Shown here: one piece after another, positions 29,014 through 38,111 of the stretch
Layout of the letters: the number at the start of each line of letters is the position of its first letter
How positions within the stretch are numbered: the first letter of the stretch is position 1
NCBI GenBank assembly: GCA_963841755.1
Contig: CAWJDX010000009.1
Location: 10,880 to 74,879 of the forward strand
Source of the DNA: an uncultured Candidatus Rokubacteria bacterium
GTDB taxonomy: Bacteria > Methylomirabilota > Methylomirabilia > Rokubacteriales > CSP1-6
Direction of reading: 5' to 3'
DNA: 64,000 nucleotides
Notes under the pieces: generated by a model
Databases searched by the model: none
Seen by the model: only the letters and a program-made list of their open reading frames with translations
Told to the model about the DNA's origin: nothing
Translations under genes and position numbers: made by a program

Positions 29014-30306
29014 ATGGCCGAGACACCAGGCGCGCCGCTGCCCATCGAGCCGATCACGCGGCCGTTCGACGCGGTGGTCGCGCTGCCCGGCTCGAAGAGC
29101 TACTCGAACCGCGCGCTGCTCGTGGCCGCGCTGGCCCGCGGCACCTCCGAGATCACCGAGGCCCTGGCCTCCGACGACACCCGCTACATGCACCGCGCCC
29201 TGGAGGCGCTCGGCGTGCGGGTGCGGGCCGACGAGGCGGCGCGCACCTTCGTGGTGGAGGGCGTGGACGGCCGCTTCCCGGCCACCGAGGCCACGCTCCA
29301 GATCGGCAACGCGGGCACCGCGGCGCGCTTCCTGACCGCGGCGGTCGCGCTCGGGCGGGGGACCTTCGTGGTGGACGGCTCGCCCGCAATGCGCAAGCGC
29401 CCGATCGAGCCGCTGCTCGACGGCCTGCGCGCGCTCGGGGTCGACGCGGTCAGCCGCGAGGGCACCGGCTGCCCGCCGGTGGTGGTGCGCGCGGCCGGCA
29501 TCGCGGGCGGGCGCGCGCGCATGCGGGGGGACATCTCGAGCCAGTACTTCAGCGCGCTCCTGCTCGCCGCGCCCTACGCGCAGCGGGACGTCGAGATCGA
29601 GGTGGAGGGCGATCTCGTCTCGGCGCCCTACATCACGATGACGCTCTCCACCATGGAGGCCTTCGGGGTGCGCGCGGAGCGCGACGGCGACCGGCGATTC
29701 CGGGTGCCCGCGGGGCAGCGCTACCAGGCGCGCGCCTACGCGGTCGAGCCCGACGCCTCCGGCGCTTCCTACTTCTTCGCGGCGGCCGCGGTCACCGGCA
29801 GCCGGGTGGTCGTCCCGCGCCTGGGCCGCGCCTCCGCCCAGGGCGACCTCGGGCTGCTCGACGTGCTGGCGCGCATGGGCTGCGAGGTGACGGTGGAGGC
29901 GGACTCGGTCACGGTGCGCGGTCCCGCGCGGCTGCGCGCGGTGGACGCCGACTTCACGCGCATGGGCGACGTGGCGACCACCCTCATGGCGATCGCGCCC
30001 TACGCGGACGGGCCGGTGACGGTGCGGGGGATCGCCCAGACCCACTTCGAGGAGAGCGACCGGCCGGTGGCCGCGGCCACCGAGCTGCGGCGCATGGGGC
30101 TCCAGGTGGAGAGCACCCACGACTCGGTCACCATCCATCCGGGCGCGCCGCGCCCCACCGACGTGCAGACCTACGACGACCACCGCATCGCGATGAGCTT
30201 CGCCCTGACCGGCCTGCGCGCGCCCGGCATCCGCATCGTCAACCCGGGCTGCGTGTCCAAGACCTTCCCCGAGTACTTCGACGTCCTGCGCGGGCTGTCC
30301 GCCTAG
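29014..30306 (+). CDS. aroA: EPSP synthase (3-phosphoshikimate 1-carboxyvinyltransferase) family, divergent paralog
   Basis: PGSKSYSNR, GNAGTAAR, SSQY, DDHRIAM and VSKTFPEY are present. The RxKETDR motif reads HFEESDR. Confidence 0.85.
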   Translation: MAETPGAPLPIEPITRPFDAVVALPGSKSYSNRALLVAALARGTSEITEALASDDTRYMHRALEALGVRVRADEAARTFVVEGVDGRFPATEATLQIGNAGTAARFLTAAVALGRGTFVVDGSPAMRKRPIEPLLDGLRALGVDAVSREGTGCPPVVVRAAGIAGGRARMRGDISSQYFSALLLAAPYAQRDVEIEVEGDLVSAPYITMTLSTMEAFGVRAERDGDRRFRVPAGQRYQARAYAVEPDASGASYFFAAAAVTGSRVVVPRLGRASAQGDLGLLDVLARMGCEVTVEADSVTVRGPARLRAVDADFTRMGDVATTLMAIAPYADGPVTVRGIAQTHFEESDRPVAAATELRRMGLQVESTHDSVTIHPGAPRPTDVQTYDDHRIAMSFALTGLRAPGIRIVNPGCVSKTFPEYFDVLRGLSA

Positions 30307-30323
30307 CCCGGGAGGAGACCGCC

Positions 30324-30878
30324 ATGCCCCGCATCGCCCCGATCACCGGCAAGTCCGACGTGCCCGCGGAGCACCACGCGGTGGTGGACGAGGTGGTGCG
30401 CGTCTTCGGCAACGTGCGCGGGCCCTTCAGCATGCTGCTGCACAGCCCGAAGCTGGCCGAGCGGCTGCTGCCGCTGGTCACCTTCTTCCGCGACGAGAGC
30501 GTGGTGGAGGGGCGCCTGCGCTCGGTGGCCATCCTGGCCGCGGTGCGCGAGCGCGAGGCGGCGTACGTCTGGTCGGCCCAGGTCGCGGCGGCCCGGCGCA
30601 ACGGGGTGGCGGACCAGGTCATCGACCTCCTCCGCGCCAAGGGCGACCCGGCCGGGCTGCCCGCGGAGGAGCGCGAGATCGTGACCTACGTGCGGCAGCT
30701 CATGCGGACGAACCGGGTGGACCGGGCGGCCTTCGACGCGCTGGCCAAACGCCGGGGGCCGCAGTGGCTCGTGGAGATGACCGCGGCCGCGAACTACTTC
30801 GCGATGCTCTCCGGGGTGGTCAACGCGCTCGAGGTGGAGGCGCCCCCGGACGGCGACAAGCTGCCCGCCTCGGCCTGA
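30324..30878 (+). CDS. Carboxymuconolactone decarboxylase-like protein without redox Cys
   Basis: MLLHSP, LRSVAILAAVR..AYVW and EREIVTYV..L pattern. No CxxC. Confidence 0.7.
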   Translation: MPRIAPITGKSDVPAEHHAVVDEVVRVFGNVRGPFSMLLHSPKLAERLLPLVTFFRDESVVEGRLRSVAILAAVREREAAYVWSAQVAAARRNGVADQVIDLLRAKGDPAGLPAEEREIVTYVRQLMRTNRVDRAAFDALAKRRGPQWLVEMTAAANYFAMLSGVVNALEVEAPPDGDKLPASA

Positions 30879-32059
30879 CTCACGCGGCCGGCAGCGCCTG
30901 CGTAGATCGCGCGCTCGAAGCGGCCGTACAGCGCGACCACGCGCGGGTCGGCGAAGGGCAGGACCTGGGTCATGATGAGCCCGGTGACGCGCCGGACCGG
31001 ATCGAGCCAGTAATACGTGTTGTAGAGCCCGCCCCAGCTCACGGTGCCCGCGCTGCGGCCGTTCGGTCCCGGGTCCAGGTTGAGCATGTAGCCGAGGCCC
31101 CAGCGGATGCGCGCCCCCGGGAAGAAGTCCACGTCGCTCGACATCTCGGGCAGCGCGGTCTTCATGACGCCGGCCGGGATCTCGCCGGTGTGGTTCTCGC
31201 CCATCAGGGCCACCGTCTCCGGGCGCAGCAGGCGCGCCCCGTTCCAGCTCCCGCCGTGCAGCAGCATCTGGAGGAGCTGGAGATAGTCGCGCCCGGTCGA
31301 GTAGAGCGGCCCGCCGCCCGACCAGAACTCCGCCGCGGTCGCGGGCGGCTCGAGCGGCTGGAGCAGGAGCGAGCCGTCGGCCTGCCGCTGGTGCAGCCGC
31401 GCCTGGCGGGCCCGCTGCTCGGCGGTGGTGACGAAGCCGCTGTCGGTCATGCCGAGCGGCGCGAAGATGCGCTCGCGGAAGTAGGCGTCGAGCGGCCGCC
31501 CGCTGGCGGCTTCCACGAGCCGGCCCACCCAGTCCGTGTTGATGCCGTACTCCCACCGCTCGCCCGGATCGAAGACGAGCGGCATGCGGATGGACGCCAC
31601 GTGCCCGCCGCCCCGCGCGGGCAGCCCCGCGGTCTCGAGATAGCGGCCGACGGTCGGATCCCACACGCTGTAGCCGAAGCCGGCGGTGTGGGTCAGCAGG
31701 TGGCGCAGGGTGATCGGTCGCCGGGCGGGGCGGAGGCGCGGCGTGCCCGATGCGTCGAAGCCTTCCAGGACCTGGGGCGAGCCGAGCGTGGGATCGATGT
31801 CGGGCACCGGCGCCTCGAGCGCGAGCTTGCCCTGCTCGACCAGCTGCATCGCGGCGACCGAGGTGATGGCCTTGGTCATCGAGGCGATGCGGAAGACGCT
31901 GTCGAGCGTCATCGGCTCGGGCTGGTCGAGCGCGCGCCGGCCGAACGCGCCCTCGTAGAGGACGCCGCGGTCGGTGGCGGCCATCGCCACCACGCCCGGC
32001 ACCTCGCGGGATGCGGCGGCCTGCCGGAGGACGGCGTCGACCTGCGGCAGCGGGGTCAT
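30794..32059 (-). CDS. Serine hydrolase, beta-lactamase/EstA-like family
   Basis: ASMTK (SxxK), LLTHTAG, WEYGIN and WGG. The last ~30 codons overlap the convergent CMD gene and may be read-through from a lost stop. Confidence 0.85.
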   Translation of the reverse strand: MTPLPQVDAVLRQAAASREVPGVVAMAATDRGVLYEGAFGRRALDQPEPMTLDSVFRIASMTKAITSVAAMQLVEQGKLALEAPVPDIDPTLGSPQVLEGFDASGTPRLRPARRPITLRHLLTHTAGFGYSVWDPTVGRYLETAGLPARGGGHVASIRMPLVFDPGERWEYGINTDWVGRLVEAASGRPLDAYFRERIFAPLGMTDSGFVTTAEQRARQARLHQRQADGSLLLQPLEPPATAAEFWSGGGPLYSTGRDYLQLLQMLLHGGSWNGARLLRPETVALMGENHTGEIPAGVMKTALPEMSSDVDFFPGARIRWGLGYMLNLDPGPNGRSAGTVSWGGLYNTYYWLDPVRRVTGLIMTQVLPFADPRVVALYGRFERAIYAGAAGRVSQAEAGSLSPSGGASTSSALTTPESIAK

Positions 32060-32068
32060 GCGATCGGT

Positions 32069-32860
32069 CTACAGGATGGAGCGGACGAGGCCGCCGTCGA
32101 CCAGGATCGTGGTCCCGGTGATGTAGCTCGACTTGCCGGAGGCGAGGAACGCGACCAGGTGGGCCAGCTCCTTCGGCTCGCCCACGCGGCCCACCGCGGT
32201 CTCGGCCGCGCGCTGGGCCAGCGCCTCCTCGAGCGGGATGCCGAGCTGCTTGGCGCGCGCGGTCACGTTGGACAGCATGCGCTCGCTCATGATCGAGCCG
32301 GGGCACACGTTGTTGACCAGGATCCCGTCGCGGCCGACCTCGTCGGCCAGCGTCTTGGCGAACGCGACCACGCCCATGCGGGTGACGCCGGAGAGCACCA
32401 GGTTGGGGATGGGCTGGTAGACGGTGCTGGCCAGGATGTTGATGATGCGGCCGGCGCGCTGGCGCTTGAGATGCGGCAGCGCCTCGCGGCACATCCGCCC
32501 GAAGAAGAAGAGCGAGCGCTGCACCGCGGTCTCCCACTGCTCCTCCGTCGCGCTCTGGGCCTGGGCCAGGGGCGGGCCGCCCGAGTTGTTCACCAGGACG
32601 TCGAGGCGCCCGAAGCGGGCCACGGTGGCCGCCACCAGGTCGCGGATGGTCTCGGGCCGGTCCAGGTCGCCCGCGAAGACCAGCACCTCGCGGCCGGTCG
32701 CGGCGCGGATCTCGGTCGCGGCCTTCTCCAGATCGTCCTTCGAGCGGCTGCAGATGGCCACGTGCGCGCCCTCCTGCGCGAGCACCTCCGCGCAGGCCCG
32801 GCCGAGGCCCTTGCTGGCGCCGCCGACGATCGCCACCTTGTCCCGGAGCTCGAGGTCCAT
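32069..32860 (-). CDS. Short-chain dehydrogenase/reductase with atypical SxxxR active-site motif
   Basis: GGASKGLG, LVNNSGGP, LSGVTR in place of YxxxK. Confidence 0.88.
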   Translation of the reverse strand: MDLELRDKVAIVGGASKGLGRACAEVLAQEGAHVAICSRSKDDLEKAATEIRAATGREVLVFAGDLDRPETIRDLVAATVARFGRLDVLVNNSGGPPLAQAQSATEEQWETAVQRSLFFFGRMCREALPHLKRQRAGRIINILASTVYQPIPNLVLSGVTRMGVVAFAKTLADEVGRDGILVNNVCPGSIMSERMLSNVTARAKQLGIPLEEALAQRAAETAVGRVGEPKELAHLVAFLASGKSSYITGTTILVDGGLVRSIL

Positions 32861-32960
32861 GGGGCAGTGTTATACCACAGGGGCTGTGATACGCTTCCCC
32901 GCGCGCCGGGCGAAGCCGGCTACCCCCACGGGATCCCCCAATACGACGAGGTGTGACGCG

Positions 32961-33728
32961 ATGCGAGCGAACAAGATCAAGCAGATGTGGCGCGAGGGCA
33001 AGTGCGTGACGATGGGCTGGCTCTCGGTGTCGAACGGGTTCACCGCCGAGGTCATGGCCCGGCAGGGCTTCGACGCCCTGGTCATCGACATGCAGCACGG
33101 CCTCACCGACATGGCCAACCTCTGGCCCATGCTGCAGGCGGTCTCGCAGACCGACACGGTGCCGGTGGTGCGGGTGGCCGCGAACGACCCCGCCACCATC
33201 ATGAAGGCGCTCGACTTCGGGGCGTACGGCATCCTGGTGCCCCTGATCAACACCGCGGAGGACGCCGCCAAGGCGGTGGCCGCCTGCCGCTATCCCCCGG
33301 TGGGCATGCGCTCCTCGGGCCCGGTGCGCGCGGTGCACTACGGCGGCGCCGACTACGTGGCCAAGGCCAACGACGAGATCGTGGTGATGGCGATGATCGA
33401 GACCAAGGAGGGCCTCGCCAACCTCGACGCGATCTGCGCCACCCCGGGGCTCGACTGCATCTACATCGGCCCCGCCGACCTCTCGTTCGCGCTCGGGCTG
33501 GCCCCGCGCGGCGACAACCCGGACCCGGTGCACATCGCCACCTGCGACAAGATCCGCGACGCGGCCCACAAGCACGGCAAGAAGGCGGCCATGCACTGCG
33601 CGAGCGCGGCCTTCGCGGCGGGCTCGGTGAAGCGCGGCTTCGACCTGGTCATGCTCTGCTCCGATCTCGCGTCGATGGTCGCGGGCGTGCGCAAGCAGCT
33701 CGACGACCTGAAGGCCGCCACCGCCTGA
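32961..33728 (+). CDS. HpcH/HpaI-family class II pyruvate aldolase
   Basis: IDMQHG, VVRV, AMIETKEG and IGPADLS motifs. Confidence 0.88.
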   Translation: MRANKIKQMWREGKCVTMGWLSVSNGFTAEVMARQGFDALVIDMQHGLTDMANLWPMLQAVSQTDTVPVVRVAANDPATIMKALDFGAYGILVPLINTAEDAAKAVAACRYPPVGMRSSGPVRAVHYGGADYVAKANDEIVVMAMIETKEGLANLDAICATPGLDCIYIGPADLSFALGLAPRGDNPDPVHIATCDKIRDAAHKHGKKAAMHCASAAFAAGSVKRGFDLVMLCSDLASMVAGVRKQLDDLKAATA

Positions 33729-33729
33729 G

Positions 33730-34842
33730 ATGACCGCGCCCCTTCGCCCGACCACGCTCGAGATCGATCTCGATGCGGCGGCGGACAATCTGCGCGCGGT
33801 TCGCGGGCTCGTCGGCCCGTCGCGGTCGATCTTCGCGGTGGTCAAGGCCGACGGGTACGGCTTCGGCGCCGCGGAGATGGGCGCGGTCTTCGCCCGCAGC
33901 GGCGCGGACTGGCTCGCGGTGGCCGATCTCTCCGAGGGAGTGCGGCTCCGCGAGCGCGGCATCACCATCCCCATCCTCGTCTATCCGAACTCGCTCCCGG
34001 AGGCGGCCGCCGCGGCGCTCGCCCATCGCCTGGTGCCGACCCTCGTCGATCTCGAGTCCGCCCGCGCCTACTCGCAGGCCGCGTCCGGCCCGTGCCCGGT
34101 GTTCGTCAAGGTGGACGTCGGGCTCGAGCGGCTCGGGGTCCCGGCCGAGCAGGCGGTCAAGACCATCCTCGCGATGCTGGAGCTGCCGCACCTCACCCTG
34201 GGCGGGCTCTGCGCGCACCCGCACGCCGAGGTGGGCGGCGATCCCGCCTACGCCGACTGGCAGGCGGGCCGCTTCACCGCGGTGGTCGACGAGCTGGAGG
34301 CGCGCGGGGTGCGGGTGCCGGTGCGGCTCCTGGCCGCGAGCCCGTTCGTGCTGCGCTTCCCGCACACCTATCTGAACGCGGTCGATCCGGGCCGGATGCT
34401 CTACGGCATCACGTTCCCCGGGGAGACGCCGCCGGTGCCCCTGCGGCCGGCGCTGCGCGCGCTCGCCACGCGGGTGATCGCGCTGAAGGAGCTGGCCCCG
34501 CGCGAGCGGTTCGCCGAGGCGGCGCCGTTCCCGGTGACCGGGCCGATGCGGCTCGGGGTGGTGCCGATGGGCTCGGCCGACGGGCTGCGCTGGCTCCACG
34601 CCGGCCGCGTCCTGGTACGCGGCCGCGCGGTGCCCCTGATCGGGACGCCGTCTCTCGAGCACACCCGGATCGACCTCACCGCGGTGCCGGACGCGGCGGT
34701 CGGCGACGAGGTCATCATCATCGGCCGCCAGGGCGATCTCGAGATCACCCCCGCCGAGGTGGCCGCCCACCACGGCCTCGGCCTTCACCACGTGGCGACG
34801 ACCGTCGGCCCCCGCGTCGCCCGCATCTACCACGGTGCCTGA
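33730..34842 (+). CDS. Alanine racemase-fold PLP enzyme, non-canonical paralog
   Basis: AVVKADGYG PLP-Lys motif is present. The C-terminal VSYG and GYADG motifs read FAEA and GSADG. Confidence 0.8.
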   Translation: MTAPLRPTTLEIDLDAAADNLRAVRGLVGPSRSIFAVVKADGYGFGAAEMGAVFARSGADWLAVADLSEGVRLRERGITIPILVYPNSLPEAAAAALAHRLVPTLVDLESARAYSQAASGPCPVFVKVDVGLERLGVPAEQAVKTILAMLELPHLTLGGLCAHPHAEVGGDPAYADWQAGRFTAVVDELEARGVRVPVRLLAASPFVLRFPHTYLNAVDPGRMLYGITFPGETPPVPLRPALRALATRVIALKELAPRERFAEAAPFPVTGPMRLGVVPMGSADGLRWLHAGRVLVRGRAVPLIGTPSLEHTRIDLTAVPDAAVGDEVIIIGRQGDLEITPAEVAAHHGLGLHHVATTVGPRVARIYHGA

Positions 34843-34858
34843 TGGGGCGCCGCCTGAT

Positions 34859-34926
34859 GGGGTCAGGTCTTACATTCCGACATTTTTCCGCCCGACGTTT
34901 TCCTGGCCGACATTTGTCCGGCCGTC
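34859..34926 (+). repeat. REP/MITE-like family B copy with degenerate 15-bp tandem tail
   Basis: ggggtcaggtcttacattccgacattttt, with ccgac modules at 34877, 34892, 34907 and (ccgtc) 34922. Confidence 0.85.
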
Positions 34927-34944
34927 GATGAGGAGGCTCACGAT

Positions 34945-35790
34945 ATGCCCAAGGTCCTGACCGAAGCACAGGTCGAGCGGTACCAGCGCGACGGCTGTCT
35001 CTCCCCGGTGCGCGCGATGAGCGCGGAGCGGGCGCGCTACTACCGCGAGAAGTTCGAGGCGCTCGAGTCGCGCGTCTCCGACATCAAGAAGATGAAGACC
35101 AAGTCGCACCTGCTCGCTCCCTGGGTGCTCGAGATCGCGGAGGACCCGCACATCCTCGACGTCTTCGAGGACCTGGTCGGCCCGAACCTCCGCTGCTGGT
35201 CCATGGCCTGGCGGGTGAAGAAGGCCGACGGCGAGACCTTCGCGGGCTGGCACCAGGACTCCGCGTACGGGGCCGCGCAGCCGGTGGTGCTGGGCGGGCT
35301 CGCGCTCTCCAACTGCGGCGTGACCCAGGGCTGCCTGCGCGGGGTGCCCGGCTCGCACAAGTGGGGGATCCTGAAGCACGACGAGAAGGACGACCCCAAG
35401 TCCATCCTCGCCAAGGGCCAGTTCATCACCGACGAGTTCGACGAGTCCAAGGCGGTCGACTTCCCGCTCGAGCCCGGCGAGATGGTGATGTTCGACAACT
35501 CGCTGGTCCACGGCTCCGGCACGAACTTCGGCCCCGACCGCCGCTTCCTGCTGCTGGTCGAGATGGTGCCGACGTGGGCCAAGCCGGCGCGCGTCCGTCA
35601 GTCCGCGATGCTGGTGCGCGGGACCGACACCTCCGGCAACTTCGACGACGAGGCGCGGCCCGACGCGGAGTGGTCGGACTACGCGGTCGGGAACTGGAAC
35701 CGGGTGGTCGAGTCGCGCGCCAAGCTCATCTTCGAGAACAGCAAGGTCGCCCCCAGCGTCGCCTACGGCGGCACCCGCGCCGCGACGTAA
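34945..35790 (+). CDS. Phytanoyl-CoA dioxygenase (PhyH) family Fe(II)/2OG oxygenase
   Basis: GWHQD, NGCL-like QGCLRGVPGSHK, LVHGS and DRR. Confidence 0.88.
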   Translation: MPKVLTEAQVERYQRDGCLSPVRAMSAERARYYREKFEALESRVSDIKKMKTKSHLLAPWVLEIAEDPHILDVFEDLVGPNLRCWSMAWRVKKADGETFAGWHQDSAYGAAQPVVLGGLALSNCGVTQGCLRGVPGSHKWGILKHDEKDDPKSILAKGQFITDEFDESKAVDFPLEPGEMVMFDNSLVHGSGTNFGPDRRFLLLVEMVPTWAKPARVRQSAMLVRGTDTSGNFDDEARPDAEWSDYAVGNWNRVVESRAKLIFENSKVAPSVAYGGTRAAT

Positions 35791-35793
35791 GAA

Positions 35794-35880
35794 GGGGTCA
35801 GGTCTTACATTCCGACATTTTCATCGCCTGGGGCGACATGACGCGCTCCACGAAAATGTCGGAATGTAAGACCTGACCCC
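35794..35880. repeat. 87-bp family B element: two 29-bp perfect inverted repeats around a 29-bp spacer, between convergent genes
   Basis: 35794-35822 is the exact reverse complement of 35852-35880. Confidence 0.92.
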
Positions 35881-35881
35881 A

Positions 35882-36793
35882 TCAGCGGGCGGGGGCGGGG
35901 TGGGTGGCGGCCCAGTGGCGGGCGATGTCGATGCGGCGCGTGAACCAGACGTCCTTGTGGCCCGCGATGTAGTCGAGCGCGCGCTCGAGGCCGGCGGCCC
36001 GTGACGGGTGGCCGATCAGGCGCAGGTGCAGGCCGAGCGACATCATCTTGGGCTGGGTCTGGCCCTCGCGGTAGAGCACGTCGAAGCCGTCCTTCACGAA
36101 CGTGAAGTAGTCGGCGGCGGTGAAGAAGCCGCCGCTGCCGAACTTGGAGTCGTTGGCGGTGAGGCTGTACGGCACGACCAGGTGTGGCTTGCTCCCCACC
36201 CGCACCCAGTAGGGCAGCTCGTCGTTGTAGGCGTCGGAGTCGTAGAGGAAGCCGCCCTCCTCCACGATCAGCCGCCGGGTGTTCACGCTCGGGCCGTAGC
36301 GGCAGTACCAGCCGAGCGGCCGCTCGCCCACCGTCTTCTTCATCGACTCGATCGCCTTGCGGATGTGCTCCCGCTCCTCCGCCTCGGACAGCTCGTAGTG
36401 CTTGACCCAGCGCCAGCCGTGGGAGCACACGTCCCAGCCCGACTCACGGATCGCGGCCGCGACCTTCGGGTTGCGCTCGAGCGCGAGCGCGCACCCGAAC
36501 ACGGTGAGCGGCAGGCCGCGCTCCTTGAAGAGCCGGTGCACGCGCCAGAAGCCCACCCGGCTGCCGTACTCGAACATGCCCTCGGCGGCGAGGTCGCGCC
36601 CCTTGACCCCGTAGTTGGAGGCGCCGGATTCGGTGAGGGTGGCCTCCGAGACGCCGTCGTCGAGCGCGTTGTACTCGGAGCCCTCCTCGTAGTTCATCAC
36701 GAAGTTGACCGCGATCCGCGCCTCCCCCGGCCAGTGGGGATGCGGGGGAGTGCCGCCGTAGCCGACGAGGTCGCGCGCGAAGTCGGTCGTCAT
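35882..36793 (-). CDS. puuE: Allantoinase PuuE (polysaccharide deacetylase fold)
   Basis: WPGEARIAVNFVMNYEEGSE, FEYGSRVGFWR, SHGWRW, GWYCRYGPS and MSLGLHLRLIGHPSR. Confidence 0.9.
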   Translation of the reverse strand: MTTDFARDLVGYGGTPPHPHWPGEARIAVNFVMNYEEGSEYNALDDGVSEATLTESGASNYGVKGRDLAAEGMFEYGSRVGFWRVHRLFKERGLPLTVFGCALALERNPKVAAAIRESGWDVCSHGWRWVKHYELSEAEEREHIRKAIESMKKTVGERPLGWYCRYGPSVNTRRLIVEEGGFLYDSDAYNDELPYWVRVGSKPHLVVPYSLTANDSKFGSGGFFTAADYFTFVKDGFDVLYREGQTQPKMMSLGLHLRLIGHPSRAAGLERALDYIAGHKDVWFTRRIDIARHWAATHPAPAR

Positions 36794-36796
36794 GTC

Positions 36797-37283
36797 TCAG
36801 GGCTCCTGGGGAAGATCGATGGTGAGCGGGGTGGTGACCGGGACGAACTCCTCGTCACCCGGGGTGCCGTCGCGCCACATGAGCACCGCGAACGAGGCGG
36901 GCCCGTCCAGCACCGTGAGCGGGTGATGCCACGTGCCCATGGCGTAGGTGACGCCCTGGCCCGCGCGCGCCACGAAGGCGCGCAGGCGCGAGAGGTCGGG
37001 CCCGCCGCCGGGCGCGTCCAGGGTGGCCAGCACCAGGTAGCGCGACACGTGGAGCGGGATGAAGGTCTGCGACGAGTGCTCGTGGCGCTCGAGGACCTTC
37101 ACGTCCAGCGGGAAGGTGGCCTTCGGGCGCCACGGTGGCGACCGCGAGGCTCACCGGGGCGTGGGCGCGCCCGCTGGCCAGCGTGTCGCTCAGGTAGGCG
37201 CGCCCCGGCGCGGGCGTGCCCTCCAGCACGGCTCCGAAGGGCTTGAAGGCTTCCGCGGTCAATGGCTCGGCGACGATGCGCAT
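36797..37283 (-). CDS. allA: Ureidoglycolate lyase; frameshift near 37125
   Basis: EPLTAEAFKPFG N-terminus, LERHEHSSQTFIP and GQGVTY..GTWHHP. Confidence 0.85.
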
Positions 37284-38101
37284 CAGGAGATCCTCCGGGT
37301 CAGGCCGACGATGCGGTCCATGACCACGACGAGCAGGGCGGTGGAGAAGATCAGCACGCCGGACACCGCGGCGGTACGCACGTCGAGCGTGCTCTCGAGC
37401 ATGCTCCACATGCGGATCGGCAGGACGTCGTTCTCGGGCCCGGCCAGGAACAGAGAGACCGACACGTTGTCGAGCGAGGCCATGAAGGCGATGAAGGCCC
37501 CGGCCAGGATGCCCGGCCGGATGATGGGCAGGGTGACCCGCCGGAAGGTGTAGAAGGCGCCCGCCCCCAGGCTCGCCGAGGTGTCGAGCAGCCCGCGGTC
37601 GAGCTGCGACAGGCTGGCGATGGTGGTGCGCAGGACGAACGGCACGATGACCGCCACGTGGCCCAGGATCATCAGGGGGATCGAGAGGGGGAAGCCGAGC
37701 GTGCTGAAGAACATGAGCGCGGCGAGCCCGAAGGCCAGGGTGGGCAGGACGAGCGGCGACATGAAGAGCCCGTCGAGGGCCTGGGCCCACCACGCGCGCC
37801 GCCCCGCGATGCCGAGGGCGGCCGCGGTGCCGAGGGTCACCGCGATGGCGGTGGCGGAGAACGCGATCACCAGGCTGTTCCACACCGCGGTGTGAATCTG
37901 GGCGGACTGGACCGGGTCGAAGAGGCTCCGGTACCAGCGGAGCGACAGGGCGGGCGGGGGGAAGCGCAGCGACCGCGAGTCGGTGAAGGAGGTGATCAGC
38001 ACCACCAGCACCGGCACGATCAGGATGAGCAGCGCGACACCGGCGAGCGCACCGAGCACCAGCCGGTAGGAGATGTCGCCGCCGGTCGATCGCCGGGCCA
38101 T
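37283..38101 (-). CDS. ABC permease (PotC-like)
   Basis: PPPALSLRWY, EAA-loop region SASLGAGAFYTFRRVTLP. Confidence 0.9.
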   Translation of the reverse strand: MARRSTGGDISYRLVLGALAGVALLILIVPVLVVLITSFTDSRSLRFPPPALSLRWYRSLFDPVQSAQIHTAVWNSLVIAFSATAIAVTLGTAAALGIAGRRAWWAQALDGLFMSPLVLPTLAFGLAALMFFSTLGFPLSIPLMILGHVAVIVPFVLRTTIASLSQLDRGLLDTSASLGAGAFYTFRRVTLPIIRPGILAGAFIAFMASLDNVSVSLFLAGPENDVLPIRMWSMLESTLDVRTAAVSGVLIFSTALLVVVMDRIVGLTRRIS

Positions 38102-38111
38102 GGCCGCGCGC

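Noticed and set aside
30794-32059. Beta-lactamase resistance gene
   Set aside because: Motifs (SxxK, LLTHTAG, WGG) fit the broad esterase/amidase family VIII. There is no signal peptide and no mobile context.
34859-35880. Family B repeats as a CRISPR array or as IS ends flanking the PhyH gene
   Set aside because: There is no regular repeat-spacer array and no cas genes. Although 34859 and 35852-35880 are inverted around PhyH, there is no transposase or evident target duplication, and the copies are dispersed.
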